Positions 30,017 to 39,695 are shown, counted from the stretch's first letter. The stretch is 64,000 nt of DNA from Lentisphaerae bacterium GWF2_50_93 (GCA_001804815.1 MHBI01000101.1:44791-108790); one strand, 5' to 3'. Made by a program: numbers and translations. The notes: generated by a model not told the origin, from the letters alone.

Positions 30017-30799
30017 TCACTGTTCGAGCCAAAGGTAATGGCCCCTGTCACCTACGTCGGCCCTCCAGTTGTTCTGGAAAGTCCTGCAGCTGCCATCTGC
30101 AAACACCACATTGTATTTCGCCTGGTAGCCTTTCCCGTGGGAAGGGCCCCATAACCGTTTCTCCCAGGCGCTACCCGCATAAAACAGGCTTGCATTCGAG
30201 TTCCAAAGCCCGTCCCACCAGTATCCCACCTTCGACGGCGGATAGAACGCATACATCGGATCATTGATGGCCCACACGGGATCCGGCGGCATCTTCGTTC
30301 CAAGCTGGGTCACCTTTCCTCCTGAAAGGAATTCCCCGTAATGCGGATGGGGCGGCGGACCGTTGGCGACAAGGTCGTCAGGACCGAATCCCGAAGTTAT
30401 GCCAGCCCTGGCGGCGGCGCTGTCCTGAAGATTGTCGGCGTCCGCACAGTTCTCTGCAGGGCAGTAGAACTTCCAGCAGTAGAGATCCTGCTGTGCAGGG
30501 GTCATCCCCTGAAGGCTGGGCATGATATAGTCGGCGATGGTGTGGAACTGCCAGGCTATGTCGCCCCAGGTACCGCCGTAGTAGTTGATCGGGAAATAAT
30601 CGTTGTAGTCGCCGATATACATGATCGTGGCAAGCCCCATCTGCTTCCTGTCGCTCATGCAGGCCGCCAGCTTCGCCATGTCCTTCGCGCTCTTAAGCGC
30701 AGGCAGGAGCATCGCCGCGAGGATTGCGATGATCGCAATTACGACCAGCAGTTCGATCAATGTGAATTTGTTCCTGTTCATCTTACCACTTCCCATCAT
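30017..30799 (-). CDS. Prepilin-type N-terminal cleavage/methylation domain protein with a DUF1559 / H-X9-DG-like C-terminus
   Basis: '[25 protein letters not shown]' is a type IV pilin-like leader. The C-terminal '[12 protein letters not shown]' is family-typical. Its start overlaps the upstream stop (ATGA); the actual start may be the Met at 30781. Confidence 0.85.
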   Translation of the reverse strand: MMGSGKMNRNKFTLIELLVVIAIIAILAAMLLPALKSAKDMAKLAACMSDRKQMGLATIMYIGDYNDYFPINYYGGTWGDIAWQFHTIADYIMPSLQGMTPAQQDLYCWKFYCPAENCADADNLQDSAAARAGITSGFGPDDLVANGPPPHPHYGEFLSGGKVTQLGTKMPPDPVWAINDPMYAFYPPSKVGYWWDGLWNSNASLFYAGSAWEKRLWGPSHGKGYQAKYNVVFADGSCRTFQNNWRADVGDRGHYLWLEQ

Positions 30800-33700
30800 T
30801 TTTTGTCCGGAAGGAGCAGTCCGAGAACGGCCATGGTCTGGGCCTGGTTCACGGAACCGCCTTCGTCCATGACTATCGCAAAATGGTTGTCGACAAAAGT
30901 ATAGAGGGATGCAAAATCCTCCCTTATCTTCGGGTATGCGGATTCCTGTATCCTGTAGCCATCACCCGCCTGTACCGGCCCTTCGACCTGCTGTCCGTCT
31001 GCAACTTCTCCGGAAGTCCCGTAGCGGCTGTTGTGGAGCGGGGCGCGCACAGTCCTTTCACCGGCGCCGACTATATAGCTGCGGCAAAGCGGATTCGCCC
31101 CGAAGGTATTGTCGCAGGTCCTGACCATCCAGTAGAAATATTTCCTGTCACCGGTCATCTTGTATGCCTGGATCACGGGATTGAGGCCGTTCTCATAAGC
31201 GCCGGTGCCCCAGTTGATCGGAGCCCACGGATGCCTGATGAATGCATATGCCATGGTCGAACAGAACTGGATGAACAGGTCCGCCTTCTTGATGATCGCC
31301 TTCCTTATCGTCTCCTGGATCCTGGCGTCGCCCAGACCCGCTGGGCATGACACATATGCCCATGCGGCATCCTGCATGTCATACTGTCCATATACTTCGA
31401 TGTCCGCATCCGGCTTCCTGCTCCAAACGCAGAAGTCGAGGAAATCCTTATTGTATTTCCTGTCGCCTGTCGTGTGAAGCAGCTGCGCGGCGGCATAAGC
31501 CCTGTGCGGGGCGACATGGTATCCATAGAATCTTGCATCGGAGGTCTTCAACGGGTTCGCCACCGCCCATTCATAAGCCTTCACGGCCTTTGCAAGGAAG
31601 CTTTCCGCTTCAGCAGCCTTCCCGTTCGCCTTCCAGATGCGCGACGCCTGGGCCATCAAGCCTGCGAATATCAGGGAGCCTTCCGCGTCCTTCGCGTATG
31701 CGTAGTCGCCGACCCGGTCAAGTTCTGCCGTCTCTATGAAATTCGGATCTCCGTGCGACTCGGTGCCGTTGCGGACGCCTCCGTCCTTGTCCTGGAGATC
31801 AATCCAGATGCGCAGGGCCCAGAACGCCTCGTCGAGGATGTCCGGAAGCCCGTTGCCTTTTTCAGGGATGTTCAGCTGGCCGTCGAAAAATTTCTGCGGC
31901 GCCATCTCGTATATGTTCATGAGCTTCTGCGCAACCTCGTAATGGGCGCGCGGATTGTAGTCGCCAGCGTCATGGTGGCCGCCATATGCCTGTATCACGA
32001 CCGGCCGTTCCGTAGGATGCGGCATCGCAAGAGTCCTGATCTCGGCAGGTGCCAGTATGCGCGAATAGATCCTGAAGTCCTCAAGGAAAGCCCCTCCGGC
32101 CTCGTCACCTTCCAGGCATCCGACCTGCAGGACACCGGAAATCGTCGCGTCGAGTTCGCCGACGGTCTCAGAGCCCACTTGGACGCCATTGTCATAGAGA
32201 GACATGCATCTCGGGCTCTTTCCCACAGGTTCAAGTACCGCCACGATATGGTGCCATGTGTTGTCTCCGGGACGCCCCATCCTCACGGCGGGCAGGCTCG
32301 CGCCTCCTTTACCGGCCTGGAGCATCGGGACCCCCCACGACGCACCGAGGAAGAACCTGCTGTTCGGAACTTCGCCGAGGCTGAAGAATCCGCTGAATTT
32401 CTGCTTGTCCAGCTTTTTGAACCAGAATGCAACTGAAATTCCGTTTGCCGCGCTGATGCTGATATTCCCTTTCGCACCGTTCTTCACGCCGTCAAACGTG
32501 GGTCCGTAGCTCCTGCCCGCAGGAAACGCCTTTGGATCACTGTCTGAAAACCGTGCCTTCTCCACATTCGACATGAGATCCAATCCATGTCCCGACGAAT
32601 CCTTGAAGTCCCCATCGAACAGATAGCGCGCCACCAGCGCAGGATCCTTCACAAGCGCATCATAAGCAGGATCAGCCGAAGTTCCCGCCTTCTCGTATAC
32701 GATCTTTTCCAGCAGTCCTGGCAGCTCATGCTTCTCATTCCTTACCTGCGTGGTCAGTACCAGTCCGTTCTTGTGGCATGCGATCCTGCGCCAGTTCGAG
32801 AATGGCGGCTTCAGCTCTATGCCGCAGCGCTGCGCGAACACGCCGTACGACTGGACCTCAAACGCCTTCACATATGCATCATCGCCGATTGTAAACGGAA
32901 CGCTCCTCCCCACTCCAGGCACGGATATCACATAACGTCCGGGCGTCTTAAAAGCTGTGAAATCAAGCACGTATACGTTCTCGCCGGAATGGTCGACCGC
33001 GTAGACACCCTCGTCCAATTTTCCGGACATGTGAACCAGCTTAGCTTCGCCGCTGAAGACGGACGCGCCGCCTTTTTCAGGGACAACGTTGAACGACGGC
33101 GCCTTGTCGAAAGCGAGCGCCGGCCCCATCTCCGGAACGTTTTCCGCCTTCTTCGCGGCCGCCGCCGGCTTCGCTGCGGTTTCGGGCTCCTCGCCCTGCG
33201 ATTTCACGCTCTTGAGATTGTCCCAGAAATCCTTTTCACCTGACGCGCCGTCCCCTGCCCCGGCAGCGCCTGCCTTCAACTCAGGAAATGATCCCATCCA
33301 TCTTCCGAGATAGGCGATCTTGACCGGTGAATCAGCCAGGTATCCGATCTGGTTCACCTTGATCGAATCGCTGAAAGTCTTCGCATCGCCGAAAGTAATC
33401 TTTGCGGAATTCGCAGCGCTGGTCACCGACTTACCGACTTCCACGGAGATCGTGTCTCCGTCCTTGAACTTCTCTGAAAGCTGCAGGAAGACCTCGTGCA
33501 TCTGTATAGCCGTGAACGGCCAGCCTGCCGGAAGATATGTGTCCAGTTTGGAGAGCCTTCCGAGGTTCACGATCTTTACAGGCTTTCCATTGATGGAGAC
33601 CTTGTAGCTTTCCGGAACCGACGCGGCTTTGGCGGAAAAATCCGGGCCGAACTCGAGCTTAATCACGCCGTTGCCGGAAGGCATCAGCTGGCGGAGGCCG

Positions 33701-34209
33701 AGGACTGCGAGATCCACGGAGTTGTCGGGCGCAGGAGATGCTACCCCGGTCTTGTAGGTGAAGCTCTGGGCCGTGTGCGCGCCGGTAACCATTTCACCTC
33801 CGACTCCCTGGGCGACGACCGAATATTTCGAATTCTCCTTCATCGGGAAAGGAAGCTGGAGAGACACGATGGTCCTTTCGAATTTCGGGAAAGTCACCCC
33901 TTCAACCGCCTCGCAGTCGAGTTCCTTCTTCACCTCGGCCTTCACGGGCTTGACGAACTTGTCATACGAATAGTTCGGATCATCCTCGCTGATTATGCGG
34001 TATGCCATGGGATTGGCGCAGGAATTCGTGATGCTCATGCCGATCCCGATCTCGATCCTGTCAGAAGCAAGCGGCCTGGCATATCTCACTCCGAAGGAAG
34101 TCCTGACAGCGACACGGTTGTCGGCAAGCTGCCTGAAATCATCGACGCCCGCGCCATATGCGGCATCAAGCATGGAAATCATCATCATTACGGCAAACAG
34201 TCTTTTCAT
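30796..34209 (-). CDS. Secreted GH9-like protein with an Ig-like (CelD_N) module and a LamG/ConA-like insertion
   Basis: RBS GGAGG precedes the ATG at 34209. The signal peptide is '[19 protein letters not shown]'. Other motifs are '[19 protein letters not shown]', the '[11 protein letters not shown]' DAGD motif, '[22 protein letters not shown]', and '[19 protein letters not shown]' in the inserted segment. Confidence 0.65.
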   Translation of the reverse strand: MKRLFAVMMMISMLDAAYGAGVDDFRQLADNRVAVRTSFGVRYARPLASDRIEIGIGMSITNSCANPMAYRIISEDDPNYSYDKFVKPVKAEVKKELDCEAVEGVTFPKFERTIVSLQLPFPMKENSKYSVVAQGVGGEMVTGAHTAQSFTYKTGVASPAPDNSVDLAVLGLRQLMPSGNGVIKLEFGPDFSAKAASVPESYKVSINGKPVKIVNLGRLSKLDTYLPAGWPFTAIQMHEVFLQLSEKFKDGDTISVEVGKSVTSAANSAKITFGDAKTFSDSIKVNQIGYLADSPVKIAYLGRWMGSFPELKAGAAGAGDGASGEKDFWDNLKSVKSQGEEPETAAKPAAAAKKAENVPEMGPALAFDKAPSFNVVPEKGGASVFSGEAKLVHMSGKLDEGVYAVDHSGENVYVLDFTAFKTPGRYVISVPGVGRSVPFTIGDDAYVKAFEVQSYGVFAQRCGIELKPPFSNWRRIACHKNGLVLTTQVRNEKHELPGLLEKIVYEKAGTSADPAYDALVKDPALVARYLFDGDFKDSSGHGLDLMSNVEKARFSDSDPKAFPAGRSYGPTFDGVKNGAKGNISISAANGISVAFWFKKLDKQKFSGFFSLGEVPNSRFFLGASWGVPMLQAGKGGASLPAVRMGRPGDNTWHHIVAVLEPVGKSPRCMSLYDNGVQVGSETVGELDATISGVLQVGCLEGDEAGGAFLEDFRIYSRILAPAEIRTLAMPHPTERPVVIQAYGGHHDAGDYNPRAHYEVAQKLMNIYEMAPQKFFDGQLNIPEKGNGLPDILDEAFWALRIWIDLQDKDGGVRNGTESHGDPNFIETAELDRVGDYAYAKDAEGSLIFAGLMAQASRIWKANGKAAEAESFLAKAVKAYEWAVANPLKTSDARFYGYHVAPHRAYAAAQLLHTTGDRKYNKDFLDFCVWSRKPDADIEVYGQYDMQDAAWAYVSCPAGLGDARIQETIRKAIIKKADLFIQFCSTMAYAFIRHPWAPINWGTGAYENGLNPVIQAYKMTGDRKYFYWMVRTCDNTFGANPLCRSYIVGAGERTVRAPLHNSRYGTSGEVADGQQVEGPVQAGDGYRIQESAYPKIREDFASLYTFVDNHFAIVMDEGGSVNQAQTMAVLGLLLPDKK

Positions 34210-34346
34210 TGGAACCTCCAACCATTTTTGATTTGCTTTGTTCTTTTGATGTATATTTTAGGCAATTATTATCTGTTATGCAAGCAATCTCCATTGGACA
34301 AAACACGGATAGTTTTGTATATTTCCGCAAAACAAAGGATATCAGG

Positions 34347-35231
34347 ATGAGAAAGAGGAAGCAGGACATAGTGTACCAGAAGCTGGCGTACAGGCTTTCT
34401 GAGGGGAATCCGTTCCGCATAATGGAGGACGTCTACAGCGATGGGGCAGACAAGGCTGCGTTCCACGACATGCATTTCGAAAACGAGATCGGCATAATGT
34501 TGAGCGGGAAGGCAAGAAGGTATTACTCTGAAGGACAGTACGACTGCGTAACCGGAGACGCCTGGACCTGCGGTATGTGGGAACCGCACGGGATCAGGAT
34601 ACTCGAGGAACCGTGCAGGATCATCATCATCGTGGTATGGCCGCCGTTCCTGGCAAACATGCATTTCCCCGAAGCTCCATCTGTCTCGATGCTCTCGGCT
34701 TTCACGCAGGAACAGAAGGTGTTCCATTTCAAGGATCCTGTAAGCAGGAAGAGCCTGATCGGCCTGTCAAATTCGCTCCTTGCCATTGCGTCAGACATGT
34801 CTCCGCACGCAACAGTAAGAAAAAGACTTCTGCTATCGGAGCTGATACTGCGCCTTATAGAGTCCGGCAGGGCAAGCCACCGCCATGCAAAGAGTCCAAG
34901 ACCATGCAAGCATTATTCCCTGATATCGCCCGCAATGGATCTTGTTTTCAAATCCAAGGCGCAGATAACCAACGTGGAGGCGGCCCGCCACTGCTCGATG
35001 GGCGAAGACCAGTTCGCCAGGACATTCGACGGCGTCATGGGAATAAGCTTTTCAGAATTCGCAAGAAGGCACAGGGTGAACGGTGCGGCCAACGCGCTGG
35101 CAAGCACGGATCTTCCGATAAAGGAGATCGCGAACGAATGGGGCTTCACCGACCAGAGCCACATGCACAGGCTCTTCCAGAAATACTACTCATGCCCGCC
35201 GAACGAATACAGGAAGAAGAGAAGCGGATAA
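34347..35231 (+). CDS. AraC-family regulator (cupin plus HTH), divergent from the GH9 operon
   Basis: 'IKEIANEWGFTDQSHMHRLFQKYYSCPPNEYRKK'. The start is placed at ATG 34347 (alternative 34278), because the listed 34158 start overlaps the GH9 gene start. Confidence 0.8.
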   Translation: MRKRKQDIVYQKLAYRLSEGNPFRIMEDVYSDGADKAAFHDMHFENEIGIMLSGKARRYYSEGQYDCVTGDAWTCGMWEPHGIRILEEPCRIIIIVVWPPFLANMHFPEAPSVSMLSAFTQEQKVFHFKDPVSRKSLIGLSNSLLAIASDMSPHATVRKRLLLSELILRLIESGRASHRHAKSPRPCKHYSLISPAMDLVFKSKAQITNVEAARHCSMGEDQFARTFDGVMGISFSEFARRHRVNGAANALASTDLPIKEIANEWGFTDQSHMHRLFQKYYSCPPNEYRKKRSG

Positions 35232-35342
35232 TATCAGGCTTCGGGTGTCTGCACTTCCTTCGGAGCGAACTTGCCGAAGAATCTCGGATTGGCCTTCACC
35301 GAGCAGCATGGATAGCGCAAGGAGTTTTCATGCCATCTGCGG

Positions 35343-36850
35343 CTAAAGCACCGGCGGCAGGTTGATCCATGTACGTCCATCGCGCGCAATCAATGCATCG
35401 GCATCATCGGGCCCCCATGAATCAGGGGAGTAGTTAGGGAAATCCTGGGGTATCCTATTTTCCCATGTCTCCAGGATAGGCATGATTATCTTCCAGGCGG
35501 CATCCACCTGATCGCCGCGCATAAACAACGTGGCATCGCCTTCCATGACGTCGAGCAGCAAAGTCTCGTATGCTTCGGGCGCATGCTCTCCGGCAACGGC
35601 ATCATTGTAGAAAGTCATATCAACCGGATCCAGTGTCATTTTCTGTCCCGGACGTTTTGCCTGGAAACGGATCCTGATGTCCATGTTTGGCTGAATGCTG
35701 ATGGTAAGCCTGTTCGCCCTCCAAGTTTCCGCGGCCTCGGACGGAAACGCATAATGCGGCGCAGGCTTGAATTGAATGGTGATATGCGTTGCTTTCTGAT
35801 TCAGGTACTTTCCCGTACGCACATAAAACGGAACCCCCTGCCAACGCCAGTTATCAATATGGAATTTGGCGGCGGCAAAGGTTTCTGTATTCGAAAGCGG
35901 ATCTACACCGTCCTCTTCCCGGTAGCCCAGGACATTTTCACCCTTTTTCCATCCGCCTGAATATTGTCCGCGGACCGCATAATCATGTACCTGTTCCTTG
36001 GTTATCCTGCGAATTGAATTAAGGACATCCACTTTTTTATTTCTGATTTCATTTGGGTCAAACGGGATTGGAGGTTCCATGGCAATCATGCAGATTATCT
36101 GCAGGATATGGTTTTGGACCATGTCCCTCAATGCACCTGCATTCTCAAAATAATCCCCTCTTCCTTCAAGTCCGACACTTTCGGCAGCGGTGATTTGTAC
36201 ATGATCAATGTAGTTACGGTTCCAAAGAGGTTCAAAAAGTGCATTGGCAAAGCGGAAAGCCAGTATGTTCTGGACAGTTTCCTTTCCCAGATAATGATCA
36301 ATCCTGAAAATCTGGTCTTCGGAAAACATCGCTGTCAACAGGGCATTTAACTCATGAGCGCTTTGCAGATCATGTCCGAAGGGCTTTTCAACGACAATCC
36401 TGCTCCTTCTTTTATCCGAACAAACCTCCAATGATCCTAAATTCACTGCAATTGATGGAAACAGCTGAGGTGCTACGGCCAGATAGAATATCACATTGGG
36501 CTTTACGCCCCATTCAGCTTCTTTTGCTACTATCATATCAGTTATCCAGCGATAGGCTTCAGAATCATCGGCATCCATTTGATGATAGGAAACATGCCCG
36601 CTGTATTCTTTCCAGTGTCCGTTCTGCTTGCCTTTGTGACGCGAAAACTTGGTAACGCCATCCAATAAGTGATTGAAATAATCTTCATCGGAAAAAGGAC
36701 TTCTGCCAATACCGGCAATTGCAAATTTCTCCGGCATCCAGTTGTCCAGGAACAAATTGTAGAGGGCTGGCGTGAGTTTCCTGTAATTCAATCCCCGCTG
36801 CCTCCAAATATAAACAGTATGGAGGCAGGCGGACGTTTATTGATCTTCAT
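35343..36850 (-). pseudogene. zwf: Glucose-6-phosphate dehydrogenase interrupted by a 1-nt frameshift after codon 20 (a real lesion or a homopolymer sequencing error)
   Basis: The main ORF (35343-36791) has 'EKPFGHD' and 'RIDHYLGKE' but begins at '[13 protein letters not shown]'. The missing NADP motif '[20 protein letters not shown]' is encoded at 36850-36791 in another frame, with its own RBS, and ends in TGA. Confidence 0.8.
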
Positions 36851-37519
36851 AAAAAATCTCCGTTTTGTTGCTGACACAGTTCCGCGTGAAAGGTTGCAGG
36901 CATATCAATATTCTGATAGAGTGTCCTACAAAAAATCACGCAGTGGTTGTATCCATTTTCCTAGTCATATAAATCCCTACTAAGTTGATAAGGTAGCAAC
37001 ATCCATGCCATCTTGAAATATAAGGCCGGCATGTCCTTTTTCGTGCAGCAAATTACAGACAAACTCAGTTAGGCTTGCCTATGCATGGCGCCCCTAATGG
37101 CATAGAGGAAATCACAGCCCGAAAAGCCGGGTTCCCTGGATCAGGTAAATACTGCAAGATTGTCGTACACGGAAGATTTATCCGTAAAATAAGCCGAGAC
37201 TCTATTCCTGGACAGCCTCGCATAATAGTAGACGAGAAGTCAACGCAGTGTCCAGCCGTATTGTCAGTCCCTGCTGAAGAAGGACAAAGCCATCCACTGT
37301 AGAAACCATTCCTTCCGGCTCGAATGTTATTCTACAGCACCTGGACGGATCCAACCCGCGGAAGCGCAGAACATAAGTATCGCGGTCGACAGACACATAT
37401 TCGAGAGCGCACCAGCCCGAAGCGTCGGCTGAAATAAAACGGAAGGGATTTGCCGCATCAGAGACGGATATCAAGTCTGGAAGAGCCCGAAGGGGAACAT
37501 TGAAACAAAGACTCTTAAC

Positions 37520-37795
37520 ATGTATTCCCTTGTATGTACCGATACTTTCCTGAGAACGGCAAAGAAGTTCTTCAAGAAACATCCTGAGCTCAAACCTGTA
37601 TTTGAGGATGTTGCAAGATAACTTCAGGAAAACCCTCAGAACCCATCTCTTCGCTTCCACCACCTGAAAGGTATCCACAAAGGCAGATCTTCAGTGAGCC
37701 TTACCTATTCATACCGAATCGTCGTGACGATAGAACTCACCGAAAAGGAAATCTTCCTCCTCGGCATTGGCAGCCACGACGAAGTCCATAAATAA
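37520..37795 (+). pseudogene. RelE/ParE-superfamily toxin with an in-frame TAA at codon 34
   Basis: The translation is 'MYSLVCTDTFLRTAKKFFKKHPELKPVFEDVAR*LQENPQNPSLRFHHLKGIHKGRSSVSLTYSYRIVVTIELTEKEIFLLGIGSHDEVHK'. The stop is at 37619-37621. Confidence 0.55.
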
Positions 37796-37815
37796 ATTTT
37801 GCACTGCAAAATTTA

Positions 37816-39165
37816 TCAGATCTCCCTGTTCAGGAAATCCACACTTTCCAGCTTGAGCCTTATCGCATTTGCGAATTTCGCAGCATCGGAGCCGTCCACC
37901 ACGCGGTGGTCGGCGCTTACCGTCACCTTCATCATGTCGCGGATCACGATCTGTCCGTCCTTCACCACTGGTGTCGGTGTCGCCGATGAGACTGCGAGGA
38001 TCGCAGATTCCCCGGGATTTATGATGGCCGCGAAGTTCTCGACGTTCAGCATGCCCATGTTGGAAATCGTAAACGTTCCGCCCTTCATCTCCTCTGGCTG
38101 GAGCTTTCCGGTCCTGGCCTTCTCTGCGAACTCCGCAACCTCGGACTGGATCTCGTCAAGCGCCTTCCTGTCAGTATTCCTGAGGACAGGAACGACAAGC
38201 CCGGTCTCGAGACTTACCGCCACTCCAATATTCACCTTGGACTTGTATTTCGCTGTGATTCCGTCGCTCTCGGCGTTCAACATCGGAAATTCCCTGAGGG
38301 CAAGCGCGACCGCCTTGATTATGAATACATTCACGCTCAGGCTGATCCCCTGCTCCTTCAGGATCTTCCGCTTTCTCGATACTTCGGTCATATCGATCGC
38401 GACCGTAACATAGAAATGCGGTATGCGCTGTTTGGACTCGGTGAGACGACGCGCAATGATCTTCCTCATGTTCGAGAATTCGCGAGGCTTCTCGGAAACC
38501 GCCGATTTGACATCGGCAAGTGTGACCCGTCCGCTGTCTCCGCTTCCTTCTATCGCGAGGAGTTCAAGATTCTCCTTCTTCGCCAGGTTGAATGCGGTCG
38601 GAGTTATCAGTTTCTTTTTGTAGCCGGAGCTTTCGAGATAATTCCTAACGTCCGCCTCCGTGACGCGTCCAACATCACCGCCAGTACCTGAAACCTTGTT
38701 CAAGTCGATCAGATAGTCCTCGGCGAATTTCCTCGCCCTGGGTGACGGTTTTGCCTTGAACGCAGGAGCGGATGGCGCAGAATACACCTGCTGAATCTGC
38801 TGAGTTGCCGGCGCCTCTGCGGATTTCGCAGCAGCAGCAGATGGAGCAGCTTTTGCTTCAACCGGTTTCTTTGCCTCTGCCTTCTTCTCAGGCGCCTTCG
38901 GCATTTCAATCTTCGGAATTTCCTCTCCAGGATTCCCGAGAACAGCGCATGTCGCCATTACAGGAACTTCCTTGCCGGCGGGAATAATTATCTTGAGAAG
39001 CGTCCCTTCGAACTGCGACTCGACTTCAAGTACGGCCTTGTCGGTCTCGACCTCGAAAAGGATGTCCCCCTTCTTGATCTTGTCGCCTTCCTTGACGCGC
39101 CATTTTTCTATCTTGACAGTCTCTTCGGACTGACCAAGTTTCGGTATCGGAACAAGAGTTGACAT
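37816..39165 (-). CDS. Dihydrolipoamide acyltransferase (E2) of a 2-oxoacid dehydrogenase complex
   Basis: RBS GGAGG precedes the ATG at 39165. The lipoyl domain has 'EVETDKAVLEVES', the E3-binding domain has 'PRARKFAEDYLIDLNKVSGTG', and the catalytic motif is 'DHRVVDG'. Confidence 0.9.
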   Translation of the reverse strand: MSTLVPIPKLGQSEETVKIEKWRVKEGDKIKKGDILFEVETDKAVLEVESQFEGTLLKIIIPAGKEVPVMATCAVLGNPGEEIPKIEMPKAPEKKAEAKKPVEAKAAPSAAAAKSAEAPATQQIQQVYSAPSAPAFKAKPSPRARKFAEDYLIDLNKVSGTGGDVGRVTEADVRNYLESSGYKKKLITPTAFNLAKKENLELLAIEGSGDSGRVTLADVKSAVSEKPREFSNMRKIIARRLTESKQRIPHFYVTVAIDMTEVSRKRKILKEQGISLSVNVFIIKAVALALREFPMLNAESDGITAKYKSKVNIGVAVSLETGLVVPVLRNTDRKALDEIQSEVAEFAEKARTGKLQPEEMKGGTFTISNMGMLNVENFAAIINPGESAILAVSSATPTPVVKDGQIVIRDMMKVTVSADHRVVDGSDAAKFANAIRLKLESVDFLNREI

Positions 39166-39185
39166 AAAAAACCTCCAGTTTTTAA

Positions 39186-39241
39186 ATTCGAAATCCGAAT
39201 ATCGAAATCCGAAACAATCGGAATCAAATTCGAAATCCAAA
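39186..39241. repeat. Array of 14-nt-period TCGAAATCCGAA words (left flank of the four-helix-bundle gene)
   Basis: TCGAAATCCGAA occurs at 39188 and 39202, a degenerate copy at about 39216, and TCGAAATCCAA at 39230. Confidence 0.85.
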
Positions 39242-39302
39242 ATGAATACAAACAATATTAATTTTCTGATTTCCTATAAATTGAGCCAAATATATTTGTC
39301 AG

Positions 39303-39620
39303 TTATATTCCTTCCTGTAAAAGCCTCTGTCTCTCCTTTTCCAAGGAAGAGTCATCTTCTGCGGAAATTAATTTCAGCCAAAACACACTCTCCTTGGCTT
39401 CTTTCCTGCAAATCTTTATCCTCATGATAAAGTCTTTCTTGCTCAAAGCTTCATTTGCTTCAATATAATTTGCACCAACGGATCCTGAAGCTCTAACAAG
39501 TTGTTTTGAATCTTCTATATTCGGAATATCCTTCTTAAGCTTCCTAACAAATACTCTGACATCACGAGCAAATTCAAATGTCCTCTCTTCTAAATCATAT
39601 TTTTTGCTATTTTCAGGCAT
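39303..39620 (-). CDS. Four-helix-bundle protein (TIGR02436 / '23S rRNA intervening-sequence protein' family)
   Basis: 105 aa. 'LEERTFEFARDVRVFVRKL...QLVRASGSVGANYIEANEALSKKDFIMRIKICRKEAKESVFWL' is the hallmark of this family. Confidence 0.85.
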   Translation of the reverse strand: MPENSKKYDLEERTFEFARDVRVFVRKLKKDIPNIEDSKQLVRASGSVGANYIEANEALSKKDFIMRIKICRKEAKESVFWLKLISAEDDSSLEKERQRLLQEGI

Positions 39621-39667
39621 TTTTATTGTATTTGTTTACCTATTATTGATACTCAATTCGTGATTGT

Positions 39668-39692
39668 TTCGAATTTCGACATTCGAATTTCG
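39668..39692. repeat. Inverted counterpart array (right flank of the four-helix-bundle gene)
   Basis: TTCGAATTTCG occurs at 39668 and 39682 (14-nt period). The reverse complement GTCGAAATTCGAAT matches the left unit TTCGAAATCCGAAT at 12 of 14 nt. Confidence 0.8.
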
Positions 39693-39695
39693 TGC

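Noticed and set aside
34158-34346. 5' extension of the AraC ORF.
   Set aside because: It overlaps the start of the divergent GH9 gene and its RBS. Internal ATGs at 34278 or 34347 are more plausible.
36788-36793. Programmed -1 ribosomal frameshift in zwf.
   Set aside because: There is no X-XXY-YYZ slippery heptamer and no obvious downstream stimulatory structure. A 1-nt deletion or a TT/TTT base-calling error explains it more simply.
37202-37678. 158-aa minus-strand ORF as a real gene.
   Set aside because: Its 5' third is antisense to the RelE-like remnant, it has no recognisable family or RBS, and the region looks degraded. I could not exclude it completely.
39166-39255. N-terminal extension of the E2 ORF ('MFVFILDFEFDSDCFGFRYSDFEFKNWRFF').
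   Set aside because: This stretch is a translation of the TCGAAATCCGAA repeat array. A GGAGG RBS precedes the internal Met at 39165, where the lipoyl domain begins.
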